A DNA stretch of 64,000 nt from Mobula birostris (lineage: Eukaryota): assembly GCF_030028105.1 (NCBI RefSeq), contig NC_092372.1:168770058-168834057 (forward strand). Reading direction: 5' to 3'. This document shows, piece after piece, positions 52,820 through 64,000 of the stretch. Every line of letters starts with the position of its first letter. Position 1 is the stretch's first letter. The translations under genes and the position numbers were made by a program. The notes beneath the pieces are model-generated. The model was not told where the DNA came from and did not search any database. It saw only the letters and a list, made by a program, of their open reading frames with translations.

Positions 52820-53145
52820 AGAAATTCCTTCTCTTGGGATCTAGCACTACTGATTTTCCCAATTTTCTTGCATATTGAAATCTGCCATGATTATCATTAC
52901 ATTGCCCTTTTAAACACCTTTTCTATCTCCCATTGTAATTTGAACCCCACATCCTGGCTATTGTTCAGACACCCATCAGAGTATTTCTACCTTTGCAGGT
53001 TTTTAAACTCTACACACAAGGATTACACGTCTTCCAATCCAATATCACCTCTTTCTAACACAAGAGCGAAGTTAAATGCAATCTAGCCCAAAGGAGAGGG
53101 GGAGGGAGGGAAGTGGGGTAGAGGGAGGGAGAGAGGGAGAGAGGG

Positions 53146-53666
53146 AAACATAGAAAACCTACAGCACAATACAGGCCCTTCAGCCCACAAAGTTGTGACA
53201 AGTATGTCCCTACCTTAGAAATTACTAGACTTACCCATAGCCCTCTATTTTTCTAAGCTCCATGTACCTATTCAAAAGTCTCTTTAAAATACCCTATCGT
53301 ATCCGTCTCCACCACCGTTGCCGGCAGCCCATTCCACGCACTCACCACTCCGAGTAAAAAACTTACCCTTAACATCTCCTCTGTACTACTCCCCAGCACT
53401 TTAAACCTGTATCCTCTTGTGGCAACCACTTCAGCCCTGGGAAAAAGTCTCTGACTATCCACATGATCAATGCCTCTGATCATCTTATACACCTCGATCA
53501 GGTCACCTCTCATCCTCCGTCGCTCCAAGGAGAAAAGGCCGTGTTCACTCAACCTATTCTCATAAGGCATGCTCCCCAATCCAGGCAACATCCTTGTAAA
53601 TCTCCTCCGCACCCTTTCTATGGCTTCCACATCCTTTCTGTAGTGAGACGACCAGAACCGAGCACA
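53146..53666 (-). mobile_element. CR1 family B 3' fragment (521 bp) inserted in a GA-rich tract
   Basis: FWSSHYRKDVEAIERV; 18-bp flanking repeat ggagagagggagagaggg at 53128-53145 and 53667-53684. Confidence 0.9.
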
Positions 53667-53786
53667 GGAGAGAGGGAGAGAGGGTGGGAGACAGAGGGAG
53701 GGAGTGAGAGAGACAGACAAAGACACACACAGGTCCCCTCAGGGAGAATATAAGTGCATATGAAGTTATTTCAAAACTGCTGAGTA

Positions 53787-54088
53787 TTTAAAGATTTAAA
53801 GATTAGTGACATTTATCACATGTACAGTGAAATGTGTCGTTTGCAAAGCAAATGTTCCGATGGGCATCCCGTAAATGCCGCCGTTCCTCTGGTGCCAACA
53901 TAGCATGCCCACAAATTACTATGCCTAATTCATACATCTTTGAAATTTGGAAGAAATCTGAAGCACCTGGAGGAAACCCATGTGTTCATGGGGAAAATGT
54001 ACAAGTCTTAAGACAGCAGTGAGAACCGAACCCCAATCTTGCAGCTGGTGTTGTAAAGCATTATACTAACCACAACACTGCTGTGGTG
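53787..54088 (-). mobile_element. V-SINE with a different 3' tail
   Basis: V-domain gaagcacctggaggaaacccatgtgttcatggggaaaatgtacaa; (tttaaaga)2 tail. Confidence 0.7.
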
Positions 54089-55004
54089 ACCAAACTATAT
54101 AACTTTTGGCAACAATTTTTATTCTGGAGTTCGTAATGAGTGACTGAACAAAGTATTGCTCAAGTTGCAGTGCACCCAGAGGCAAAAAAGTTTGAGACAC
54201 TTATATATAGCATGAAACAGCATAAATTTCCTTTATTTGAAAATATACATTTACAACTTCGAAAAATATATTAAAAAAAGATGTTTTTACTTTAGGCTAC
54301 CTAAATGAAAATTAATTATGCAATTACTTAAACTGAACCACTCCAAACTGCCTCCATACTTTGTAGAGATGCACTTATAAATTAATGTTGATTATATTCT
54401 AAATAAAACTGGTTACACCATCCTTTGCAATTAGTAGGATACAGTTAAATGGAAGTTAATTGAGAGCTAGCAATTAAATATTGCTGCTTCAAGCAACCAT
54501 TTAGAGTGACGGTACAGTACCTATACAAACACACAGTCCAAATGGCATTTTCATTTCATGAAGTTATCTTGATACCATAAATACCTTAATGGTATAACTA
54601 TTTTGAAAAAAAAATCACTTTCACATTGCTGAAGATTACAACTAATCCATGAGACAACTCAGGATTTTCACCAGCAAAAGCAAATAAACTGTAAGAGATC
54701 AGTTAATAAATTCCTCGGAACACACATTGTTGAAAGTCTTTTGTAGAAGCTAACATAAAAAAGTATTTTAATGCAAAGATATCCTGACATATTCATATCT
54801 TTCACACTTTACAGGGAATTTCATGGGAAGCAAAATACTAACACAAAGGAATCTCATATCTTATCAACCTTGCAAAAGTACTCAAAATTGGTTAGCTAAG
54901 AAGTAACTTGTGATTACTCTGCTACCGAATATGCAATATTGGTTTATGCAATATTGCGATTGTGTGATGATACCAAAGTGTAGCTATAACTTATTACAAC
55001 TTAC

Positions 55005-55153
55005 CATTGTCATCTTTTACTAGTTCATTTTGTAATGGATCTATTCCAGTTTCTTGAGCATCTGTTTCCAAAGGATGTCTGGTTTCAAAGGCTGAAATTC
55101 TTCTCGAGGAGGACAGCATCTTGAGAGTCACCTCAGGTATCCAAATGAATTTC
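55005..55153 (-). CDS. Putative 149-nt exon of unidentified host gene (KFIWIPEVTLKMLSSSRRISAFETRHPLETDAQETGIDPLQNELVKDDN)
   Basis: ccttttctgtttgtag|...ATG|gtaagt; 49 open codons in otherwise AT-rich unique DNA; contains an in-frame ATG. Confidence 0.7.
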
Positions 55154-55699
55154 CTACAAACAGAAAAGGTAATTTGTTGATACCTTGAATGAACGTCACA
55201 GTTATCTGATGGTCTAACAATACCTCTTGGGTAGTAAATACATTGATTTCATTCCAATTTCTTGTTCAAATCATGAACAAACATTTCTATTGTGACTCAC
55301 ACAATTCAGCAAATTAGATCAGTAATATATTTGCTAGGCATACACAGAATAAATAAATCATCATGTCAAATCTCACACTGATTTGATATCATTCCAAAAG
55401 TGAACCAGTATAATCAAACAGGAGATAAAACCTGTAATTAACAACAGAACTTGCTCACTAATATTTTCTAATGGGATCCCAAAAAAGTTTGGTGATTGAT
55501 TGGGACAGCTGGTTTGCAGATTTGCATGATTTTTATTACTAAATTTTTTAAGAGTTTGTATACTGATAAAAGTCCATATGTTACATTGCCTGTAGAGTTT
55601 AGCTTGAGGCTACACCAGTATGAGGGTTTAGTACCATATATCAAGGCATTCATTTTAACATACAGGACAAGATAGACAGCAGAGTAGGATGACATGGTG

Positions 55700-55970
55700 G
55701 TGGGAGGGGGGAGAAAGAGGGAGAAAAGTGGAAAGGTGGAGGAGGAGAAGGGCTCTGAGAATGATTCCTATCCACAATGGGTTATGGACCAATGGCTGAA
55801 GGGACTTTGCTTCTCTCAAGGGGTTTTCAGAAAGATCGTCTGCATACTTCAATAAACAACAGTTGCATTACAGAACCAGAACCAGCTTGCAAAAGGTACC
55901 TATGCTAATTTTTCTTTTAGGCTGCTGGCTCTTTTCAGGACAGTTCTAGAGAAATTTGCAATTCTGGAGG
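55700..55970 (+). mobile_element. PIF/Harbinger (HARBI1-like) transposase relic
   Basis: RRRALR..PYP-like start and gctgctggctcttttcag (AAGSFQ) motif; a second SGSFQ relic at about 56919-56933. Confidence 0.4.
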
Positions 55971-56458
55971 TTATGGGGGCTTGTTGTTCAAGGACATTCA
56001 GCTCCTTTATCTTGTGTAGAGGGCTGCATGCAAAGCAAAGGGGAAGAATTTATTTTTCAGTAATGTGAGATGGCCAGTGATGCAAGGAGTTACAGTCTAA
56101 ACCTTGTATCACTGTGATCTCAAGTTGTTCATGCTGAGGGAGTGATTATCACCAAAAGTGATTATCACTCTCTCAGCATGCATATAATCTATGATCATGG
56201 TCTGAAAAGATAAAGATGATCAATGGTAATAGTGGGCCAGAATACTGTGCCCACTTCTTTTCAGTTGATGCTTCAATAAACAGTGTGAAATATAGGAATA
56301 TCCACGGAGACATAAAATTGACTAGATCCTCACACGTTGGATGAACAAAAGGAAAAAAGAGGAAGGTAGTGAAAATGGTGGAAAGATATGGGATGGGCAA
56401 GAGAAGGAAAGAAGAGAAAATCTGCAACCTCTTTTTGTTATTGTATTCAGTTACTTAC

Positions 56459-56488
56459 TGTAGTATTCCCCCTTTAATGATCAGAAAC
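56459..56488 (-). CDS. Possible 30-nt exon (FLIIKGGILQ)
   Basis: Donor ACA|gtaagt; phase matches the 55153 exon; weak acceptor ggatattcag. Confidence 0.25.
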
Positions 56489-59400
56489 CTGAATATCCAA
56501 TAGCACATGGTCAGTACAAGATTGTGTGCTGAAGGGCCTGTAATAAGCTGTAGATTTCCATGTTCTATGTTCTGTTCCTGGGACAATGAAGCAGATTGTG
56601 TCCTCACAAAGAACTGGACAAAAAAGACTTGAACTGATGTGGCATGTGCCCACCCCCAAACAAGTGATAGAATTCTAAAGTGGTCTATATCAATTTCCTC
56701 ACGAAATTCAACAGTAGTTCTTTTGCTGAATCTCTTACTATAAATTTCCTGTGGAAAATCAGCTTTAGAGTCAAAACCTATGCCTATATAGTCAGCACAA
56801 TCTCAACCAACAAAAGTCCTGCCTTGGTCTCCATAGAATTGGAAATTTGGTTCAACTTTTCCAAGCACCAAAAGCCACATTGATTGGTTTCAGTCTATTC
56901 AGACTCCTGCTGACACGTAGTGGCTCCTTCCAAATGACTACTTCCCAAAAAGCCTTGCACTTTAGTGAGGCTTTGACAACTTATGATCAGAGAGCCAACA
57001 GTCCACACTTCATTTCGAGCCAATTAGTTGGTCAACAGAATGAATTTTACATATTGAGTTCACAGTCAGATATTAAAATTGGGAAATACATGGAGATGGC
57101 AACAGAAACTAGGGGTTGGAGTTACAAAGTTGCAAGCAATCTGAGGTGACAGAACTCAGGGACCAAAGCCAGGGGACAGATGCTTGAAACTTCAAAAATT
57201 GAGGTGGGAGCTTGAGACAAAGAGAAGGGAGCAGTGTAAGCAGTGGGAGCTGAGCACAGGTTCCAGGTATAAGCTGAAGGAAGGAGAACTAAGAGTGGAA
57301 GACTTCAGCAGGGGAAGTGTGACAAGTGACAAGTGACAGGCCATTTGCCGCCATAGCAGAGAATCCTACAACTTTTAAGAGAAGGTGACTTCTACCATTC
57401 CTTTCCATGAACTGACCAAACAGGCATGAGGAACTTTTGTGGGGTTTGTTGTATTAAACTTAAAAGGTGCAAACCAGATAGTATCAAACCTTTTGCTAGG
57501 TTCTTGCATCTGCAATCATGTGCTGCATTTCTAGTTATGTTAATACATATTCAACTGTAGTGATATATTAATAAAGATTTATATTCTGTAATATTTTCTC
57601 CATTAACCATTGAGTGAATAAAACAACTGTCAATGAAAATTTACAGTAAAGATTAAATATTTTCACAATGTAACCTTCCCGATGTGATTATTCTGAAGAT
57701 TTGCATTATAACCTGAGGCACCCAATCTACTTTAAACAAGGTTGTTAGTGAAGCTCGAGTAGAGTTTTTATTTATGTGAACAAGGTAAAATTACTGTACA
57801 GCATCTCATGGCAAGACCCTGCTTCATAACAGGTTCCTGCAGTGTCCAGCTGACAAGCAAATGTGACAAAAACATCCTGCCCCGGGATTAGCTACATCAC
57901 GCAATACATTTTTAAGTGTTAACCATCTCACTTTAAAATTTTACAAAAGTAATCATCATAAACACAAATGAGCAGAACCTCAAGTGAAACAACCATATAA
58001 TTACTATAGCTACAAGACCAGAGGACAAGAATGCTGCAGGAAATAACTCCCACAAATGTTTCTTGCACTTTTTGGAGTAGGATGAGATCTTAAAGTTTAT
58101 TTGACTAGTTGTACAAACAAAGTAATACTTAGTAGAACATCATGGCAAGAGACTCCATTACTGAAGCAAGTAATCACCCAGGACAAAGGAACCATGCTGA
58201 ACCTTTTCACCTCTCCTCTATGGCTTTAATTTGTATCATCACAAAATGAATTAGTTTAAATTTACTAAGACCCTTTGACTGCACTTGGAAAATAACACAA
58301 ATCCCATTATCCTTATATAGAAGTATATTGTTATGTTCCAATGACAGAGATCAAGGAACTCTCAATCTCAAAAATGGTTCGAAAGGACTATAAAGCATCA
58401 TTTCCATTTGGGATAACTATGAATTATTAGCTTTAACAATACCACTGACATGCATTAGTTAACAAAGCAAAAAAAACGAAGCCCTGATACAGGGTCTTCC
58501 AAAAACACCAACCATCCCTTGCCTCCACAGATGATGTATCATCCACTGAGTTCTTCTGGCAGTTTGTATTTTATTCTATACTGTGACATCTGCATTCTTG
58601 TGTCTCTGAAAGAAATACAGAAGTGCCCATTGCACCAGCTCTTGCGATTACTGTTTGCCTTGTTGTCTGCTTCGTCATTGTTGCTGATTATGAAAACCAA
58701 ATCAAATTAACATTTCAAACTATCATGGCAGGAAGTTCCAAACATCAATTAATCAGCTTGTACATACGGTCATTATATGTCTTCTACATGCCCTTACTGG
58801 CCTGGCATGTAGAAGACACAGTGTTTCTCCAGAGCAGGGCTGGTGACATGCTACAGATGGCCGTAGAATGTCAACCTCAAAATAAGGTCTATGCCCAGAT
58901 GGCCCAGCTTCAAACTACACCTATCTTGCCAAGTATGGTGGCAGTATGCACTTGCTGAAAAGCAACAGGAAGGGCACTGGTGATTACAAGTGTAATCACA
59001 TATGCTATTATTCTGAGGCTGGACTCTCACTCACGCAACACGAAGTTGCTTCCTCAGGGCAGCTGCTCAGCAATCCAAATGAACAGTTTGAGAACCAATT
59101 GCTACGCTGCTTTGAAAGCCACAAAGCTCCTTTCAAAACAGGTATTCAGACTCATAATGGGATTAACCTATGTTTGGCATTTATAGAAGACTTCACGTGG
59201 TTTCAACTTGCCTGCAATGGAAACTGTAACACTAAAGGTTGTAGAAGTGCTGGTGTTATTGCATCTAAATGGAGTTGAGGATTAATTCCATATTGGAAAG
59301 GACAGGCTGCAATCAATTCAAAATCCATGGACAAGCTTAGAAATATGTTCTTCATAATCCCTGGAATTTCAGACAAGGCGACTATGCACCAAAATTTCTC

Positions 59401-59679
59401 TGTACGGCTGAGTTCTCTGAGGCCTGAACTCGAGTGTGACCCACTCCTTCACAGAGCTAGAGTCAAGGATATCTTTTTCCCTAATATAGTCATGCCATAC
59501 TTATCTTTTGACTCCACCATAGAGGTCATCTCTAGCTTATTCCCTACTGAGACACAATGCCAATGGCAACTTATGAAATGTCAACTGCAATTGTCATACT
59601 GTTGGATGGCACTCTTCTTCACTGTACTTTGCTGAGCTGATATGATTACAGCAAGTAGATTTTCCTGACTAATTCAGAG

Positions 59680-61335
59680 ACGATAGGTACAAGGCTGAGA
59701 AGTGTAAAGTGATACACCTCAGCAAATAGAGTAAGACACAGTCATGCAGGAATAGAGGACTGGGAGCAAACGTTCAAAGGTTTTTGGAAATTAAAGGCGC
59801 ATTGAGAGAGAGTGATTAATTAAGTATTTGGAACGGATTTTCAAAAAGAGAGAAACAGAATATAAAAACAGAAAGTTATTGTTAAACTGTCAGGCACTGA
59901 TAGGTCACAACTGGAGTACTGACTCTAAAAGAATATGAAGAAGATCTTGAGAGGGGTGCAGGAAAATTTAATAAAATAGTTCCAGGAATGAAGGATTCAA
60001 ATGTAATATTAACGTATAGCTGCATTTTATCTCCTTGGTACAAGCAAGGCCGAGAGGCAATTCAAGTTTACAAGATCAATTTGTTTAAAAAAGATGACAG
60101 GGAAGTTGTTCCCATTAAGCAATGTGTCAAGGTTCAGGAGGCACAGATCTGAACTTTTGGGCCAGAATTACATGGAAGTTGTGGGGAAGAAAAACCATAT
60201 TAATTCTGGTTAAAATCCAGAAATCATTGCTTATAGGGTAATTGAAATAGAACTAATCAGTGACTCAAAAACGGCTGGACACCTGAAGGCTAGTGGGTTT
60301 TTAAGAATTGGATTGAATGACACTTTATGATATAACAAAAGAGAAGGATGACTGTCTTTTACATCACGGCCATATATGACTAAATGTGGCATGAGAAGCC
60401 TTGGTAAAATGAAGATAATGGGCCTCAGGGCAATATCCTGGGGCCAATTATTTTCAGCTGATTGACCTTCCTTCCATTATAAAATCAGGCTTAGATACAT
60501 CTTTGATGTTGGCACACGTTTCACTTTTGATTGCGACGAATAAACCAATCCATGCTTTAACATAATAGGGTGAAGGCAGCATTCAGACATGGGGTGATAA
60601 GTAGCAAATAGTATCCTTTCCACCAAAAAAAAAATCCAGGCCATGACAATATATAATACATTAACGCTTGAGAAAGGAAATAAGTGTACTGCAGCCAGGC
60701 ATCCTGATGAAACAAGGGGGTAAATACAGAAGCTGTGAGGCAGATACAAACAATTTACATAATGAAAGGTTAATTCAGTGGAGAAGAGGCTGGCAAACAG
60801 AGGATAATGTGGGAAAATGTGAAGTTGCTCAATTTGGAGGAAAGAATAAAAAAAAGAGTATTACTTAAATGAGAAAGATTGTAGAGAGTTGTAACACAAA
60901 GGAATTTGTAACTCAAAGTTAGAGTACAGGTCCAGCAGGTAATAGATAAGACAGCAGGTACGTGATATAATTACTTCAAGTGTGCTGGAATATAAAAGTA
61001 GTGAAGTCTTATCACAATTGCATAGGGCACTAGTCATTCAATGTCTGGAATATTGTGAACAATTTTAGCCCTCTCATTTGAGGAGAAGCATATTGTCATT
61101 TAGAAAGGTTCACTGGGAAAATCAGAATTATGGAGATGCTATCTTATGAGGAAAGACTTAATAGGTTCGGTCTGTACTCATTGGAGTTAGAAGAATGGGG
61201 CCTTGACAGGCTAAATGCTAAGAGGAAGTTTTCTCCTCATGGGAGAGTCAAAGATCAAAGACCATAATCCCTTCAGACTGAAATGTGGAGGAAGTTTTTC
61301 ACAGAATTCTGAACATTCTGAATTCCTTGCCAGAA
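59680..61335 (+). mobile_element. Two old CR1 3' fragments
   Basis: KCKVIH / KCEVAQFG and LEYC-like remnants at about 59700, 59910, 60815 and 61045. Confidence 0.6.
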
Positions 61336-61428
61336 AGTTAAGTTTTAATCTGTTAGGGAATCATTGGTTCTGGACATTAGGCTGGAAAATAGAATTGAAG
61401 AAAATTAGATTAGTGCTGACCTTATTTA

Positions 61429-63662
61429 ATAGAAACATAAATAGAAATATAGAAAACCTACAGCACAATACAGGCCCTTCGGCCCACAAAGCTGTGCCGA
61501 ACATGTCCTTACCTTAGAAATTACCTAGGTTTACCCATAGCCCTCTATTTTTCTGAGCTCCATATACCTGTCAAGGAGTCTCTTAAAAGACCCTATTGTA
61601 TCTGCCTCCACCACCATAGCCAGCAGCTCATTCCATGCACTCACTACTCTCTGCATAAAAAACTTACTCCTGACATCTCCACTGTACCTACTTCCAGGCA
61701 CCTTAAAACTGTGCCCTCTCATGTTAGCCATTTCGGCCCAGGGAAAAAGCCTCTGATTATCCACACAATCAATACCTCTCATCATCTTATACACCTGTAT
61801 CAGGTCACCTCTCATCCTCCGTCGCTCCAAGCAAAAAGGCTGAGTTCACTCAACCTATTCTCATAAGGCATGCTCCCCAATCCAGACAACATCCTTGTAA
61901 ATCTCCTCTGCACCCTTCCTATAGTCTCCACATCCTTCCTGTAGTGAGGTGACCAGAACTGAGCACAGTACTCCAAGTGGGGTCTGACCAGGGTCCTATA
62001 TAGCTGCAACACTACCTCTCGGCTCCTAAACTCAATCCCACGATTGATGAAGGCCAATGCACCGTATACCTTCTTAACCACAGAGTCAACCTGCGCAACA
62101 GCTTTGAGTGTCCTATGGACTCGGACCCCAAGATTCCTCTGATCCTCCACACTGCCAAGTGTCTTACTATTATACTATATTTTATATACTATATATTATT
62201 TATACTTTTTTTTTTATTAAGTGCAATCGTGAACAATAGCCAGATCAGAAATGCTGATCAAGTCAACTAGTTCCCAAACAGAACTCTGATAGGCCAATCA
62301 GATGGTTCACTGCTGCTCAGCAATAGAACATAAAACAGGCACAAGGGTCGCTAGCCCCTGTACCCCAGAAACACACCTGAGCGGTGCGGCGGAGGTATGT
62401 GCTATGCATGACCTGATCTGAAAGCATCATGTTGACTCATAACAGATCATGCTCACGGTGGAACAGCTTAGTCAAGGATGGGGTGATCAGCACAGATGGA
62501 CAAGTTATACCTCCACTATCCCTTCTGCCATCATATTTGACCTACCAAAATGAACCACCTCACGCTTATCTGGGATGAACTCCATCTGCCACTTCTCAGC
62601 CTAGTTTTGCATCCTATCAATGTCCCGCTGTAACCTCTGACAGCCCTCCACGCTATCCACAACACCCCCAACCTTTGTGTCATCAGCAAATTTACTAACC
62701 CATCCTTCCACTTCCTCATTCTGGTCATTAATAAAAATCATGAAGAGTAGGGGTCCCAGAACAGATCCCTGAGGCACACCACTGGTGATCGACCTCCATG
62801 CAGAATATGACCTGTCTACAACCACTCTTTGCCTTCTGTGGGCAGGCCATCTCTGGATCCACAAAGCAATGTGCCCTTGGATTCCATGCCTTCTTACTTT
62901 CTCAATTAGCCTTGCATGGGGTACCTTGTCAAATGCCTTGTTGAAATCTATATACACTACATCTACTGCTCTACCTTCATCAATGTGTTTAGTCACATCC
63001 TCAAAAAATGCAATCAGGCTTGTAGGACACGACCTGCCTTTGACAAAGCCACACTGACTATTCCTAATCATATTATGCCTCTCCAAATGTTCTTAAATCC
63101 TGCCTCTCAGGATCTTCTCCATTAACTTACCAACCACTGAAGTAAGACTCACTGGTCTATATTTTCCTGGGCTATCTCTACTCCCTTTCTTGAATAAGGG
63201 AACAACATCCGCAAACCTCCAATCCTTTGGAACCTCTCTCGTCCCCATTGATGATGCAAAGATCATCACCAGAGTCTCAGCAATCTCCTCCCTTGCCTCT
63301 CACAGTAGCCTGGGGTACATCTCGTCTGGTCTCGGTGACTTATCCAGCTTGATGCTTTTCAAAAGCCTCAGCACATCCTCTTTCTTAATATCTACATGCT
63401 CAAGCTTTTCAGTCCGCTGTAAGTCATCCCTACAATCGCCAAGATCCTTTTCCGTAGTGAATACTGAAGCAAAGTACTCATTAAGTACCTCTGCTATCTC
63501 CTCCGGTTTCATACACACTTTTCCACTGTCACACTTGATTAGTCCTATTCTCTCATGTCTTATCCTCTTGCTCTTCACGTACCTGTAGAATGCCTTGGGG
63601 TTTTTCTTAATTCTGTCCGCCAAGGCCTTCTCATGGCCCCTTCTGGCTCTCCTAATATCTGT
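61429..63662 (-). mobile_element. CR1 family B, longer 5'-truncated copy with nested insertion
   Basis: ORFs 63300-63665, 62601-63086, 61812-62150 and 61531-61830 form one RT with few stops or frameshifts (KSPRPDEMYPRLL, FNKAFDKVPH, FADDTK, RKIEGYG). Confidence 0.95.
62182..62524 (-). other. About 340-bp poly(A)-tailed, structured retroposed insert of unknown origin
   Basis: Interrupts CR1 between tatactatatt and ctgccatcat; AATAAA runs directly into an A10 tract (62206-62218); several internal hairpins. Confidence 0.65.
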
Positions 63663-64000
63663 CATGAATGAGGGAGGTGGGGGAGTTTGAATGACGAACT
63701 CCTATGCTTACAGTTTTATCTCCAGCTCAAGAAAGTCTGATCAGCCCCTCTCAAAGTTATATGCTATTACCATCACAATGCTTTCCACCTTTTATTAAAA
63801 CATAGGCAGCAGCCACCTAGTACAGTGGTCACAAGAGCGGGCATCTGTGGCAAGGGCCCACATCCTGACACCCCTAGCATTTACGTTAAGTACAAAGCAC
63901 ATCAGAAGCATACTAGAATGCTCACCATTATGCAGTGTCAACACACAAGACCATAAGGCATAGAAAAAGAACTAGGTCATTCAGTCCATCTTTCGGCATG

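Larger units (their letters stand above)
46385..53060 (-). mobile_element. Old CR1 ORF2 (endonuclease region) split by the L1 insertion
   Basis: 46385-47185 and 52820-53060 rejoin across the L1 TSD and are colinear with the CR1 endonuclease at 7570-8100. Confidence 0.75.

Noticed and set aside
58500-59640. Cluster of plus-strand ORFs of 63-111 aa
   Set aside because: No recognisable motifs or consistent splice structure; likely very old TE debris that I cannot classify.

Overview
AT-rich eukaryotic (vertebrate) DNA dominated by nested, mostly decayed transposable elements. The mix of abundant CR1 LINEs, Rex1/Babar-type LINEs, V-SINEs, Deu-domain SINEs and Penelope-derived short repeats points to a cartilaginous fish, probably a ray (inference from repeat content only). 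Nearly all ORFs in the track are TE fragments or antisense noise. Recognisable elements: many CR1 copies from at least two young families, a near full-length L1-clade element with a 16-bp TSD (47186-52819), a decayed BEL/Pao element (about 39400-44620), a Gypsy-like gag-protease relic, a Tigger deletion derivative with a long internal hairpin, and a Sleeping Beauty-like Tc1 derivative with symmetric IR/DRs. Also present are hAT and mariner MITEs, Harbinger relics, and Penelope fragments, one of which keeps an intact minimal hammerhead ribozyme core. A chain of very small GT-AG exons on the minus strand (12154-23639, plus 55005-55153) splices into one open frame and probably belongs to a host gene I cannot name. 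All family calls rest on motif recognition by eye; no searches were run.
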